This document shows positions 40,590 to 52,664 of a stretch of 64,000 bases of DNA, piece by piece. The first letter of the stretch is position 1; each line of letters starts with the position of its first letter. The stretch is from Takakia lepidozioides (lineage: Eukaryota; Plantae; Bryophyta): assembly GCA_030704615.1 (NCBI GenBank), contig CM060731.1, forward strand, positions 29,884,001-29,948,000. Direction: 5' to 3'. The notes beneath the pieces were generated by a model, which did not search any database, was not told where the DNA came from, and saw only the letters and a list, made by a program, of their open reading frames with translations. Made by a program: the position numbers and the translations under genes.

Positions 40590-41230
40590 CGATACACTCA
40601 CATTTGACATACATGTCCAGCAGGGCTGTGTTCAGGATGACATCTGGTACAAATCAGCTTTGACAATGTCACCATGGACCTCATTGCACCTTTCCAGGGC
40701 TGCCAGGCTTGCACACGCATTGCAAATGCAAACAAACATCAACAAGCTTCTCCTCATCTATGTTATCTGTTTTTGGATACTTTCCTGCTGCCACATCGGC
40801 AGTAACTTGTCAAAGTCACTCCTAACCACCACAGATACACCCAATGACCCATGGAGACCTGCTAGCACAACACATGACCACCCTTCTGATTGCATCTTTT
40901 TCTCTCTGTATCCAATAGGCACAGAAGAATCCCAGTGTTGTCGTCTAGTTGGGCTGAGTGTGATGGACTAACTTATTTCTGGCTGTTTGCTGCTGCAGAC
41001 CTTTTTGTCTCCATTGTCCCACCATCGGCTAGGGTCGGAACAGTGAAATGGTGCAGCTAGTCAGGTAGAGATTGAAACACGGCGCATACATATCGACAAG
41101 GAAAGTCTCCAGAATGATATCTGGTTTCCAGCTTCCACCATGTCAACATGGACCTATGTACCTTTTTCCAGGGCTTCTAGGCTGACACAAGCATTGAGAA
41201 TAGAATGAATGTAAATGTTGTTGGGTGTTC
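40590..41230 (-). pseudogene. Short PLS-PPR fragments interleaved with unidentified cargo
   Basis: CNACASLAALERCNEVHGDIVK...VPDVILNTALLDMYVKC at ~40590-40735; a second PPR piece at ~41090-41230. Confidence 0.7.
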
Positions 41231-41512
41231 ATACATCTGGCAATCCGCCCTACACAACAGCCATGCTGATCATCATCTTGCAATGATCAGACGCTCTCAG
41301 GCCCTATTCTGATGAGAGGGAAAAACATGCTGAAATAGGTCGAAGAAGAAGGTGCCCTCACCACATTGTCCTTGACCTTGTGGTCATGACCCATGGAGGA
41401 TTTGACGGACCATCACCCAAAGGACCTTTGTGTACACGTTCTGCTTTTGTCTGTAGTCAGGTAATGTCGGATTGGTCTATGAGAACCACCACGGTGCAGC
41501 TGAGCTGCAGGG

Positions 41513-42060
41513 TTTGCATGGACAATTGAGTGCCAACACGCCTTCAAGGAACTGACATTGTCAGTAACAACTACACTGTGCTGATTAACCCACATTGGCT
41601 ATGATATTTCATGTACATTGTGATGCCTCAGGAGAAGCTTTGGGAGCTGTGTTAGCTCAAAACGTCATAGGAAACATAGACTCACCTGTGTACTATGCTA
41701 GCAGATTGTTGAACAGTGCTGAGAGGAACTATAGCACTACTGAAAGATAAACTTTGGCAATGATTTATGCAGTCAAGAAGTTCAGGCATTGTTTACTTGG
41801 AAGGAAGTTTATATTTTATGTGGATCATCAGGCTCTGATTTATTTGGTGAACAAGCCTTTCATAAGTGGAAGGATAACAAGGTGGCTGATTATCCTACAT
41901 GAGTTTGAATTCGAAGTTATTTACAAACCTGGACGGTTGCATCTGGTGGCAGATCACTTGTCACGCCTCGCAACAGGAGAGCCCGCCACAGGAGTGGATG
42001 ATCAACTACCTGATGCTAGTTTATTTGCAGTAGAGGTAGGGGCTGATGACTGGATGGATT
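41513..42060 (+). mobile_element. Ty3/gypsy pol fragment (connection and RNase H)
   Basis: FAWTIECQHAFKEL, HCDAS...LGAVLAQ, YYASRLLNSAERNYSTTER*, VDHQAL, YKPGRLHLVADHLSRL; in-frame stop; no LTRs. Confidence 0.88.
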
Positions 42061-42494
42061 GGTAGTGGCCAATCAGATATTATTTGAAAATATCTAAAAT
42101 AAAAAATATATTATGGAGACACAAAAATGTACTCACAAGAGAAACATTGTGAAACTATTCCAAATGTAACAATATAACCTTTTCTTTCGGATTAGCTCTA
42201 ACCAAGGTTAGCACTACTCACAACTCCGATTACTCCATACCAACCCCGTATAGGGTTTTAGTATCGTATCTGGGGTAAGTTTTTGTATGTAAAACCTATT
42301 GAGTGTATTCGTAAAGTTTAAAAACATTGTTTCCATTGCAGAATGCCAAGTGAACTCCGGCTGATAACGCAATGGAGAGTGCTAGTCAGGGTCCATTATG
42401 GCCGGTTTGGTGTCTTGCCTCTACTTCCTCCTCGCCCTAAGAAATGAATTGAGCGTTTTTCTACCCATATTTGTGGATAATAAAGTATGAAGTA

Positions 42495-42655
42495 TGACGC
42501 CTCCCGAAGGAAGCGTAACTTATGGAGTCACTTCACCCCGAAGGGCTACTGCCTTCCGCTAGGAAGGTGGACACCTTCATGACATACCAGACCGTGGTTT
42601 GAACCCACAACCACATCCAACGTGGTATGTGCCCATTACCACTGGGCTACATGCT
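42495..42655 (-). mobile_element. tRNA-derived SINE (family shared with 58095-58240)
   Basis: TGTAGCCCAGTGGTAA...GGTTCAAACC boxes; body similar to 58095-58240. Confidence 0.6.
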
Positions 42656-42949
42656 GGTTGTCTTGTGGATAATACTTTCTAGACTAGGGCTTCGCGTTGC
42701 TCCGCACTACTAGCGACGAATTCTGATAACTATGTTCAATTTTCACAAAAAGGGGTGGGTTATCCCCATGGTGTTATATACAAACATCCCGTATTTCATT
42801 GTTTTTCAGAAGAGTATGGCGAAGTGTTGCCCAAGCTATCATGTCACGTCTCCACATTTCCTTGTTTGATGCAGCTAATTCTATCTATGCCCAAGAAGTG
42901 AGGGGGAGGGATTTAGCATTTGTTTTGTCTAGAACGGAAGTCGGTTGAG

Positions 42950-43175
42950 AATTTATTTATTTATTTATTTAAATGAAACCTGGGAACGACTGCTCACAAT
43001 TCAGGCCTTGAGGAGGGGAAAAAATTAACTCAGATAAGCCATTAGGCACACAGGTGGGAAACGTCACCACCAGACCAACCGGTCACGAACAATCCACACA
43101 CCAGGCAGGGCAGTGGGTTTGAACCCCCAACCACCAGGGCGACACACTGTGCACTTACCAGCTGAGCTACCAGCT
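42950..43175 (-). mobile_element. tRNA-derived SINE
   Basis: GTAGCTCAGCTGGTAA A-box, GGTTCAAACCC B-box, (AAAT)n tail. Confidence 0.7.
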
Positions 43176-43900
43176 GATGTGCGAATTTTGAGAACTACCG
43201 TTCAATTGGCACAAAAAGGGGTGGGTCATCCCCACGCATACAATGATTCTTTTGATAATTGGAAATATATACTATGCAGAAAACATGAGGAACTATGCAA
43301 AAGTATAATCGTCATAGGCATACCCCTATCTATGCCCAAGAAGTGAGGGGGAGTTGAACCCCCTTTTCTGCCCGGTAAAATTGCGGGATTGTCTGTGAAT
43401 ATGGGAGACTTTGTGACCATCAAGTGCCACTCAAGATATTGGCAAAACCTCCGAAAGAAGAAACATTGGATTTCTTTCCAGATAATAGCAGTTAAACTTT
43501 TGGCCAAAACTCCTATACACGTAGAAAATACGGAATTTATTAAAGTTGTAGTTTGGTAAATCTTTGAAAAAACCTGTGTAAAACATTGAAAACAATTATC
43601 AATGACTAAACAATTATTTTTTTATGAAAAAAGATCACTTCTCTTGAAATTGTCCTGTCTCTTTGTATCTTTTGATTGGAAATGTATATTATGCGAAAAA
43701 AAATTTACCTCTCTGTGGATGTTATAAAGTTCATTTCTCTTTCTCATTCTGTTCTAGTTGATACGCCCTCTTCACGAAAACAAACAGCCACATCTCGCCA
43801 GATTTGTGAGCATATGAGCATCACATTAGCCAAAGCCACTTGCAAGGCTATGAAGATGGAGGCATGTGCTCTGTCCTCTCTCTCACAACAGAGGAGGTAC

Positions 43901-44145
43901 CTTCTCAACTTGCTGCCTACTAAGGTCAACCAGGAGCTGCTCCATAGCCTTGCAATTTGCCATGAAGCTCTCGTCCTTGATATCAACCCTGTCTTTCAGT
44001 ACATTTAACCCCTGATCCAAACTCATAAACCCCCTCCAGCCACCTGAAATTAAGGAATCAATCGATGGAAGTGACAGTCTAAGAATGTACTCACCAAACA
44101 ACATTGCATTGCTGATGAAGCTGCGTAAGGCCTCCTTGTCTGCAG
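43901..44145 (-). pseudogene. Captured N-terminal exons of methylcrotonyl-CoA carboxylase beta subunit-like gene
   Basis: VLKDRVDIKDESFMANCKAMEQLLVDLSRQQVEK|GT resembles the plant MCCB N-terminus (recalled from memory). Short GT-AG intron at 44094-44044. Confidence 0.55.
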
Positions 44146-46384
44146 CCAAAGTGCTTTACTGTTGGAGTGATACCATGATCTTGACTCAGGGAATCAAAGT
44201 ACCATATTCCTTCATTTAGTATGCCAGTGTGGCTGCATGCAGAGAGAACACATATAAAGGTTGTCCAGCTTCAAGCCATTCTTTTGCATTCCCTTCAAAT
44301 AGTTGCAGGACCTCCCTATGACAATATGCTGGGCATATCCTGTGATCATCTCATTCCACATCTAGCATACATGTCCACAAGGGGATTGTTCAGAACTACA
44401 TCTGGTACAATTCCAGCTTTGGCGATGCAACCATGCCCTTTTCCAGGGCTGCCAGGCTTGCATACGCACTGCAAACGCACGCAAACGTGATGTGGTCGGG
44501 CTTCACCACCCCCCCTCATTTGTTCAAAGGTCTCCAAAGCCTCGAGTCTGTCTTGCTGCAATCTCTCGTATATCTTGAAAGCCTCCTTGCCACATCCATG
44601 TTGAGCACACCCTGCGATCATGGCGTTCCATGATACTATCTCTCGTTTAGCCAATTGTCAAAAGCTTGACGCGCATCTTTTATGCTCCCACATTTTGCAT
44701 ACGTGTCCACAAGCGTAGTGTTCTTATGTAGCATGCAATTCCAGATTTAATGATGTCAGCATGGATCTCTTTGCCCTTCTCCAAGGCTCCCAGGCTGGCA
44801 CATGCATTGAGAACACAAGTGAAAGTGACGCTGTTGAGCGTTAGCCCTTTATTTTGCATTTGTTCATACATCTCAACAGCCTCCCTGCCATACTCATGCG
44901 GAGCGTATGCTGCAATCATGGTCCTCCATGAAACCACATCATGTTGTGTCATATTGTCACCTGCCAGATGCGGCGTAGATGTTGGATAACAGCACATAAG
45001 TTGCATGGTGGTTGGGATCGCACTTGAGAAGAGATTTTGCTACATGTTTTGCTACCTCCACATCCCCATGAATTCTGGCAGTAGCAAGCAAGGTCCCCCA
45101 AACCAGAGCATCTGGTTCAATTGGCATTTTGTTGATGAAGTCCTCTCCCTCATCTCATCGGCCTACACGGCCAAGAAGGTCCACAATGCAGCAAAAATGC
45201 TCCACTGTAGGAGTGAGGCCGTGATACCATCTGGCTTCAAGTCTTCCTGCTGCATCTGTTCAAATAGTTGGAAGGCCTTTGTACTACACCCATGCTGAGC
45301 ATATCCTACAATTATGGCATTCCATGCTTGCTGAACCATATTTTCAAACACTTGACGTGCATCGTGAACACTCCCACATTTGGCATACATGTTAACAAAG
45401 GCATTGTCCAAGTTAATATATGACACAACCCCAGCTTTGTTAATATCAGCATGGACCCGCGTGCCCTTTTCCAGGGCCCCTAGACTAGCACATGCATTGA
45501 CAACAGAAACGAATGTGACCTTGTTCGGTGTCATCGCGTCCAGTTCCATTTGCTTGTATCTTGAAAGCCTCTTCAGCATAGCCATGCTCAGCATATCCTG
45601 TAATCATGGCATTCCATGAGACCACATCTCGTTCAGGCATTTTGTCGAAAACCTGACGTGCATCTTTTCCACTCCCACATTTGGCGTCAAGAAGGTTGTT
45701 CTCCACTTTAATATCCTGCAATCATTGCACTCCATGAGGGCTTCACCACTTCCCCCATCATTTGTTCATAGGTCTCCAAAGCCTCCATCCCGGGCCCCTA
45801 CTGTGCATACCCTGCAAGCATAGCGTTCCACGACACCACATTTCTTTCAACCACAGTGTCGAAACCTCCCTTTGCATCCTCGATCCACCCATATTTGGCA
45901 TATGTCCATCAGGGCAGTGTTCAAGGGCAGTGTTCAGGATGAATCTGGTGCAATTCCAGCTTTGACAATGTCACCACAGACCTCTTTCCTATTTTCCAGG
46001 GCTCCTAGGTTTGCACACTCATTGCAACCTTGGTACAATTCCAACTTTGATGATGTCATCATGCACCCTTTGCCCTTTTCCAGGGCTGCCAGGCTTGCAC
46101 AAGCATTGCAAACACACACATGCTGTGCATATCCTGCAAGCATGGCATTCCATGACATCAAATCTCGTTCAGCCATACTGTTGAACACTTCATCCGCATC
46201 TTTGATGCACCCACATTTGGCATACATGTCCACGAGGGTATTGTTCAGAATCACATCGGGTATAATTCCAGCTTTGGCGATGCAACCATGCACCTCTTTG
46301 CCCTTTTCCAGGGCTGCCAGACTTGCAAACGCATACAAACGTGATGTGGCTTCACCCCTTCCCCCATCATTTGCTCATAGGTCT
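44140..46384 (-). pseudogene. Mosaic PLS-class PPR fragments including E1/E2 and L2-like motifs
   Basis: Repeated [34 protein letters not shown] and NTALVDMYAKCG. E-domain MPIEPDALVWGTLL...YVLLSNIYAASG at ~44960-45130. ACSHTGILNEG...DHGITPTVKHFGC at ~44140-44260. Many frameshifts. Confidence 0.9.
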
Positions 46385-47238
46385 CACTACAACAGATCGC
46401 GGTATTTACGACTGTATATATGACTATTCTGCAGTCATAAACGGTACATATGACTTCTATGACTGTAAGTCGTGCAAACCAAGTCAATACAATGAGTACA
46501 GGATGGTACGGTCCGGATGACTACAGTCATATGAACCAAGTGATATCTCTCACTGCAGTCATATATACCATACTGCAGCCGCCGCCGCTGCCGTGCCATG
46601 TGGCGAGGCGCAATTGATTTAAAAAATTAAATTAAATTAAATTAAAAACTAAAAAAATAAAAATATATGTCAAACGCCGCGTCGCACCGCATTGTGCCAC
46701 GTGGCATAATGCATTTTATAATAATGAAAAAACCACGTGGCAGTCCATCTAGGGTACCACGTGCTATCCCTAGCTCGCCTACTAACCCTAGGGCCATCTT
46801 ATCTATTTGATTGTACTTAGAGAAGTTTGAACCTACAACCTCTTTACTATAAGAGTTATAGTTCACTACTTGTCAACCAATACACCCATTAGTCATTCAT
46901 ATGATCATATAGTGTTTTAATTGTATTCTACACACCAAATTACAAAATCCCCAGTAGTCATCATGACTATGTAACCTCATCCATGTACACTGTAGTCATG
47001 GAAATGACTATGAATGGTGAGCTAAATCTGGTCAATTGCCGTTGACCAGCCTTCCGCCCATTCCGGAGCCATGTAGTCATATAGACGACTATTTAGATAG
47101 TCGTTCATATGACTACAGTCGTATGAACGACTGCGGGAGATCAATTTCATATAAAAACATGGTGCAGTCATGGTCAAAGTCATGAAAACTATGACTACCA
47201 CGGTTTGGCAGTCATAACTACCGTGATCTGTTGTAGTG
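46385..47238. mobile_element. Non-autonomous CACTA (En/Spm) element
   Basis: TIRs CACTACAACAGATC.CGGT / ACCGTGATCTGTTGTAGTG, exact 3-bp TSD TCT, subterminal tgacta/tagtca repeats; interrupts a PPR motif. Confidence 0.93.
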
Positions 47239-48745
47239 TCTCCAAAGCCTCCATCCCACGCCCCTGCTGTGCATACCCCTGCAAGCATCGCGTTCCACGA
47301 CACCACATCTCGTTCAGCCATGGTGTTGAAATTAACTCCCTTCGTATCCTTAATGCACCCACATTTGGCATACATGTCCACCAGGGCAGTGTTCAGGATG
47401 ACATTAGGTACAATTCCAGCTTTGACGATGTCACCACGCACCTCTTTTCCCTTTTCCAGGGCTCCCAGGCTTGCACACGCATTGCAAACACAAACAAATG
47501 TGATGTGGTTGGGCTTCGCCCCTTCGCACAACATTTGCTTCTAGGTCTCCAAAGCCTCCATCCCGCACCCTTGCTGTGCATATCCTGCAATCATCGCACT
47601 CCACGACACCACATCTCGTTCAGCCATACTGTCGAAAACTCCCTTCATACATGTCCACAAGGGTATTGTTCTGAATGACATTTTGTACAATTGCAGGTCT
47701 GACAATGCACCCACATTTGGCATACCTGTCCACCAGGGCAGTGTTCAGAATGACATCTGGTACAATTCCAGCTTGGACGATGTCACCACGGACCTCTTTC
47801 CCCTTTTCCAGAGCTCCCAGGCTTGCACACACATTGCAAACAACAAATGTGATGTGGTTGGGCTTCGCCCCTTTGCGCAACATTTGCTCCTAAATCTCCA
47901 AAGCCTCCATCCTGCACCCTTGTTGTGCATATCCTGCAATCATCGCACTCCACGACACCACATCTGGTTCAGCCATACTGTCGAACACTCCCTTCATACA
48001 TGTCCACAAGTGTATTGTTCTGAATGACATTTTGTACAATTGCAGGTCTGAAAATGCACCCACAACACCACATTTTATTCAGCCATATTGTTGAACACTG
48101 CCTTTGCATCCTCGATACCCTACAAGCATGACATTTCACCACATTTGGCATACATGTCCACCAGGGCAGTGTTCAGGATGACATCTGGTACAAATCCATT
48201 TTTGACGATGTCACCATGGACCTCTTCCCCCTTTTCCAGAGCTCCTAGGCTTGCACACGCATTGCAAACACAAACAAATGTGTTGCAGTTGGGCTTCACC
48301 CCTTCGCACATCAATTGCTCATAGGTATCCAAAGCCTCCATCCCACATCCTTGCTGTGCATATCCTACAATCATCGCACTCCACGACACCACATCTCATT
48401 CAGCCATACTGTTGAACACTCCCTTTGCATCCTCGATGCACTCACATTTGACATACATGTCCAACAAGGCAGTGTTCAGAATGACATCGGGTACAATTCC
48501 AGATTTGATGATGTCACCATGGACCTCTTTGCACCTTTCCAGGGCTGCCAGGCTTGCACACGCATTGTCATCGCACTCCACGACACCACATCTCATTCAG
48601 CCATACTGTCAAACACTCCCTTTATACATGTCCACGAGGGTATTGTTCAGAATGACACTTGGTACAATTGCAGCTCTGACAATGTCGCCATGGACCTCTT
48701 TCGCCCTTTTCCAGAGTTGCCAGGCTTGCACACGCATCGCAAATG
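47239..48745 (-). pseudogene. Tandemly amplified, frameshifted PLS-PPR units
   Basis: About five related blocks (catcgcactccacgacaccacatct..., ccagggcagtgttcag.atgacatc.ggtacaattccagc). Two ~360-bp units share the same aberrant junction. Confidence 0.9.
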
Positions 48746-48782
48746 CACACAATCTCAACAAGTCAATTGTGGTCATAAGATA

Positions 48783-48885
48783 CATTTTTCCAGTCTCTGC
48801 CATATTTCCAAAATGCTTGATAGAAGAGCTCCAGGTCCTCTTTGCTCCAGGGAGGTCCAAGCATGTCCGACAATTTGCGCTTCTG
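48783..48885 (-). pseudogene. Captured exon of ALWAYS EARLY (Lin-9/DREAM) Myb-like domain
   Basis: [33 protein letters not shown]|GT matches the plant ALY N-terminal motif. Confidence 0.8.
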
Positions 48886-50779
48886 ATCACCAGCCTGCCC
48901 ACTCACCTCAGTCCCATAACTGCATTCAAGCAGCATCCAAAATTGGATTTCACTCTTGCTCACGCTGGGTGTGCTACCCATCTGCCCAGTCCCAATGGCA
49001 CCATTGCTCCTAGATATGGAATTTTGCCGGGATCCAACAACCTGCAACCTGACATCACCAGAATCAGGCAAATTGTTCAATTGAATGCCTTTGATGAGGA
49101 TGGATCTATAGGCAAAAACAGAAAGAGAGCTCAATTTGCTGGGACAGAAAGTGCTATTCCTTCTTCAAGTTGCTTAAAGGGCTCATGCTCAGGTCTATGG
49201 GCACTCCCCTTTTTCATTATCACCACGTTTAACAAAACAATGGTCACAAAAATAATGACCAAGAAGGCTGAAACATGGAAAAAGAGCAACCTTCAGCTTT
49301 GAATGTCAGTCTCACAGTTTGCATTTATTTTTTCCAGTGAACACTGGTTATAGGGAGATTATGGCGGACAGACAGCAATTACAATCTAGTCAATGTAAGA
49401 TTAGGTTTGAAACTTAGGTCTAGTTTCAAGCAGATGTGGGACTTTTGCAACCAGACACAACCTGACATATCCTTCGTGCTTATGGAAAATCAATCATGGA
49501 GACTCACTGTGCCGGTCTGAAACAAGGAAGTAAGGTGTAATCTAAGTTGCACTTTTCTTCTTTCCCACCCAATCACGAGTGAAAGCTTCCGATTCCGTCT
49601 GCAAGAAACTCCTCCCCATTTGTTGTCTTTTCGAATCATAGGTAATCTGGAGCTTGAAATCCGGCCTTTTTGGATGAATCTGGACACACACTCGATCCCT
49701 GCTCCTTCAAGCTATCCATGTCTGTGCTTGCAAGGTGAACGATGGCGGAAAACGCAGAGCTCCTGCAGTTCAAGAAGATCAAGATCCGGGCATTGCGGGC
49801 AGTTCCAAAGACGTTGGCACGGCGATTTCTATTGGCCTATTTCGCGCGGGCCGTCCGGGCAGATTCCAAAGAAATTGACGACGACGATGACGTGGTGATG
49901 ATGACGTGTCTACGATGACGTGGCGACGAAACGTGGCGACGATGACGTGGCACTATGGCACCCTATACCTACTCTACGCTAAACTAGCTTCCGACCTTCG
50001 GTCGTCGCTAGAATTTTTTGACAAAACTATAGATTGTTTCATTGGCGAGATCTAATGTGCTTCTAGATTTTGCCAAAACACAAGATTGATAAGCTGATGA
50101 AACCTATTTTTGTCTACAAGAAATTTTTTTGTGTTTTTACAGGGATGTTGGACTTGAATTATTGATATTGGCATTCATACGTGTTTTTTTTTTTTTTTTT
50201 TTTTTTTTTCCCCTAAAGAGAAAGGGAGGTAGCCCTTGAGAACTTTATTCATGATTACATTTGAAGGGAGAAAAATTAAAACCCTTTGAAGCCCGAAGAT
50301 AGCCATGAGGCACAGACTCACGAAGAATCGTGAAGGATAATCCAAGTAACAATAAACGAGGTTGGGTAGCACGTGTGCACTGACATGAGCATGCTCATGT
50401 GAGGACAAGGGTATATTCCCAGAATTTCCACGAAATTTCCGTGAAATTTCCACAACGAAATGAAATTGGCGAAACAGCTAACACATAAAAAACAAGTAGC
50501 CCCTATACCTGATGAACATGTTACCCTATAGGCGTGGCTTTTTCTCCATTATAGACGCGAGAGTTAGGCAATGAAGTTTAAAGTCCTCACCCATGGATAA
50601 TTTCGCATGGCGAAACTCTGCCTAAGAAGAAATCACACTGTAGCTAAAAAGATGAATATGTCACTTTTAAAGCCCCCACCTTAATGGGTCCATGATGGCA
50701 AAATCAGACTCCTGATATTCAACTACTGGTGCTTTTCGGCGTTTTTTCCCCCCCATAATACAAGTAGCCGACCCATTAC

Positions 50780-51330
50780 TCCTGTTGAGATCTAGCGATT
50801 TTTTGCCCAGAAAAGATCTGAATTTCCAAGGGACCATTATGTGCAGCTGTTGCTCAATTAATGCCATCGAATCTCTGGAACACTGCTTCATCTATTGCTG
50901 GCCCCCCATTCTATTTGGCCATTGGTGTCAGGGTTCTACCTTATCTAGAACAGCCTATCGATGCAACCGGTGACACTTCTCTTCAATTATGAGCAGGGAA
51001 GAAAAACAATAGCCACTAATTGGCCCGTGTTCGAGGCATTGAGACACTCAACCCTTTGGCACTTGTGGAAAGCATGGCGTGGTTGGACCTTGGAAAGGAA
51101 AAACACGTCAGAAACAGCTCTGCTTACCAGGCTTGTCTACTTTGATGTCATAGTTGCTGCCAAAAAAACGTGGTTGGTCTTCTGTGCAGCTATCGGAAAA
51201 AAACCAGAATGTCAGCACTTGCTCCTCGACACCTTCAGAGCAACTTAGGGTAGGCAAGGTCACGTATGCAGCTGCATTGAAGCTCACTCCTGCGTCTGGC
51301 CACAAAGAACTACCCTTCTATGGCAGCTGC
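50780..51330 (+). mobile_element. L1-type LINE ORF2 C-terminal remnant (zf-RVT region)
   Basis: CSCCSINAIESLEHCFIYC and LWHLWKAWRGWTLE motifs, frameshifted. Confidence 0.6.
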
Positions 51331-51984
51331 AGGTCCTAATTCCTCTTCGGCGTCCCCGGAGTTCGACCGGGGACAACCCGCTCACATAAGCATGCCCACG
51401 GTCATGGAAGTTTTATGTTTTTAAACCTCGGTCATAGGACTTATATGTTTTCAAAACGGAATAAAACCATAAGCAGGTATAGAGGACTGGTGCATTTGAA
51501 CAGTACATCTGCGCCAATCCAGCTGCGAGGAGAAACGTTCAATAGTGTAGCCAGAAACCCTAAACCTATAGCATCGGCGGTGAGTTTCGCATTGGGAAAT
51601 ACTTGGTGATATGGGCACAAACTAAGCAACGGTGCGTTTTGCATTGAGACATTCCATCACCCAACAATCCCACATCCAAAAGGAATGGGTGGGGGGAGAG
51701 AGAGAGAGAGAGGACTTCGGCCAAAGCCGGCGTAACTAAGAGCCACTTCGCAAGGTGGGCCCTAATATAGCCACTTCTCTGACCCTGCCACCTCATTACT
51801 CTAGCCACATGTGTGCTGGGTAGAATTGAATTCAGGCCGGGCCATTTTTTGAAAAATAAACAAAAACACTGTGGTAGTACCACTTGTTACCATGGATTTG
51901 TGCTCAGCTTGCAACAGGCCAACAACTAACAACCCTCCGAAAGGGGGCAGTATCCTCAAGGGGAAGAGGCTCTTATTTACACTA

Positions 51985-52664
51985 CCGTAGGGAAGGCTGA
52001 TCCGGGACTAAATAATTAGAAATGAATCTGCCTAATAATTAAGTGAAAATTTAGGAAAAACTGCCAAAATTCCAGAAACTTTAAAAAAATGCCTAAAATC
52101 TCAAACAAACTCCAAATGTCAAATCTCCAAATGCATGTTTCAAGGCAGAAAGCTCTAGGAAAATATTTTCCTTAGCTCTGAGAAATCCTAGAATAATTGG
52201 CTGAACAATCACTGCTCTTAACAACCCACATAATTTGTTTTTTTTTGTTTGTTTTTTTTTTGAAAAAAGGAAACACCTGGGAGCGCCAGCTCACAAATTT
52301 GGTCCCTTAGTAGTGAGAGGAGAAAATAACCTCTGTCATTGATGCGCTATGGAGGCGAACGTGGGACACCGCCCAGGAACCATACCACACCCGTCAGTAG
52401 GAAGATTTGACCCCAGAATCATCTGGGTGGCACTCAGTGCACTTAACCATCTAAGCTACTGACTGTTGGTACATAATTCTCTTTATCACATCTGGTACAG
52501 TAGATAGAGCAAGTTCATGCAGGGAGTCACTGCCGAATTACTTAAAATCTCATCGTGGCAGTGCTGTAAAATCTTGAAATCTAGAAGTGTTTTGTTGTAA
52601 AGAAAATAAATATTCGGCACTTCACTGCAGGATCAGCCTTCCCACTACAGCCTTCCCACTACGG
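51985..52664. mobile_element. Tc1/mariner-type MITE (CCGTAG ends, TA TSD) with a SINE inside
   Basis: TA|CCGTAGGGAAGGCTGATCC ... GGATCAGCCTTCCCACTAC..CTACGG|TA. Confidence 0.75.
52245..52465 (-). mobile_element. tRNA-derived SINE
   Basis: Near-identical to 56280-56465 (gatttgaccccagaatcatc.gggtggcactcagtg); poly(A) tail. Confidence 0.75.

Larger units (their letters stand above)
38791..49970. mobile_element. Non-autonomous long-TIR element carrying host gene fragments (Pack-type)
   Basis: 38791-39160 is the reverse complement of 49630-49970 at high identity. The interior contains only gene fragments and nested TEs, with no transposase. No TSD identified. Confidence 0.8.

Noticed and set aside
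44140-48745. One functional PPR editing-factor gene
   Set aside because: Numerous frameshifts and stops, a CACTA insertion, scrambled domain order and no DYW domain.
21379-48745. Functional RNA-editing cluster linking ENDOV with the PPRs
   Set aside because: The PPRs are pseudogenic TE cargo and ENDOV acts on inosine, unrelated to C-to-U editing; proximity is likely chance.
48412-49302. 296-aa plus-strand ORF as a novel gene
   Set aside because: It is the antisense shadow of the PPR and ALY fragments on the minus strand.
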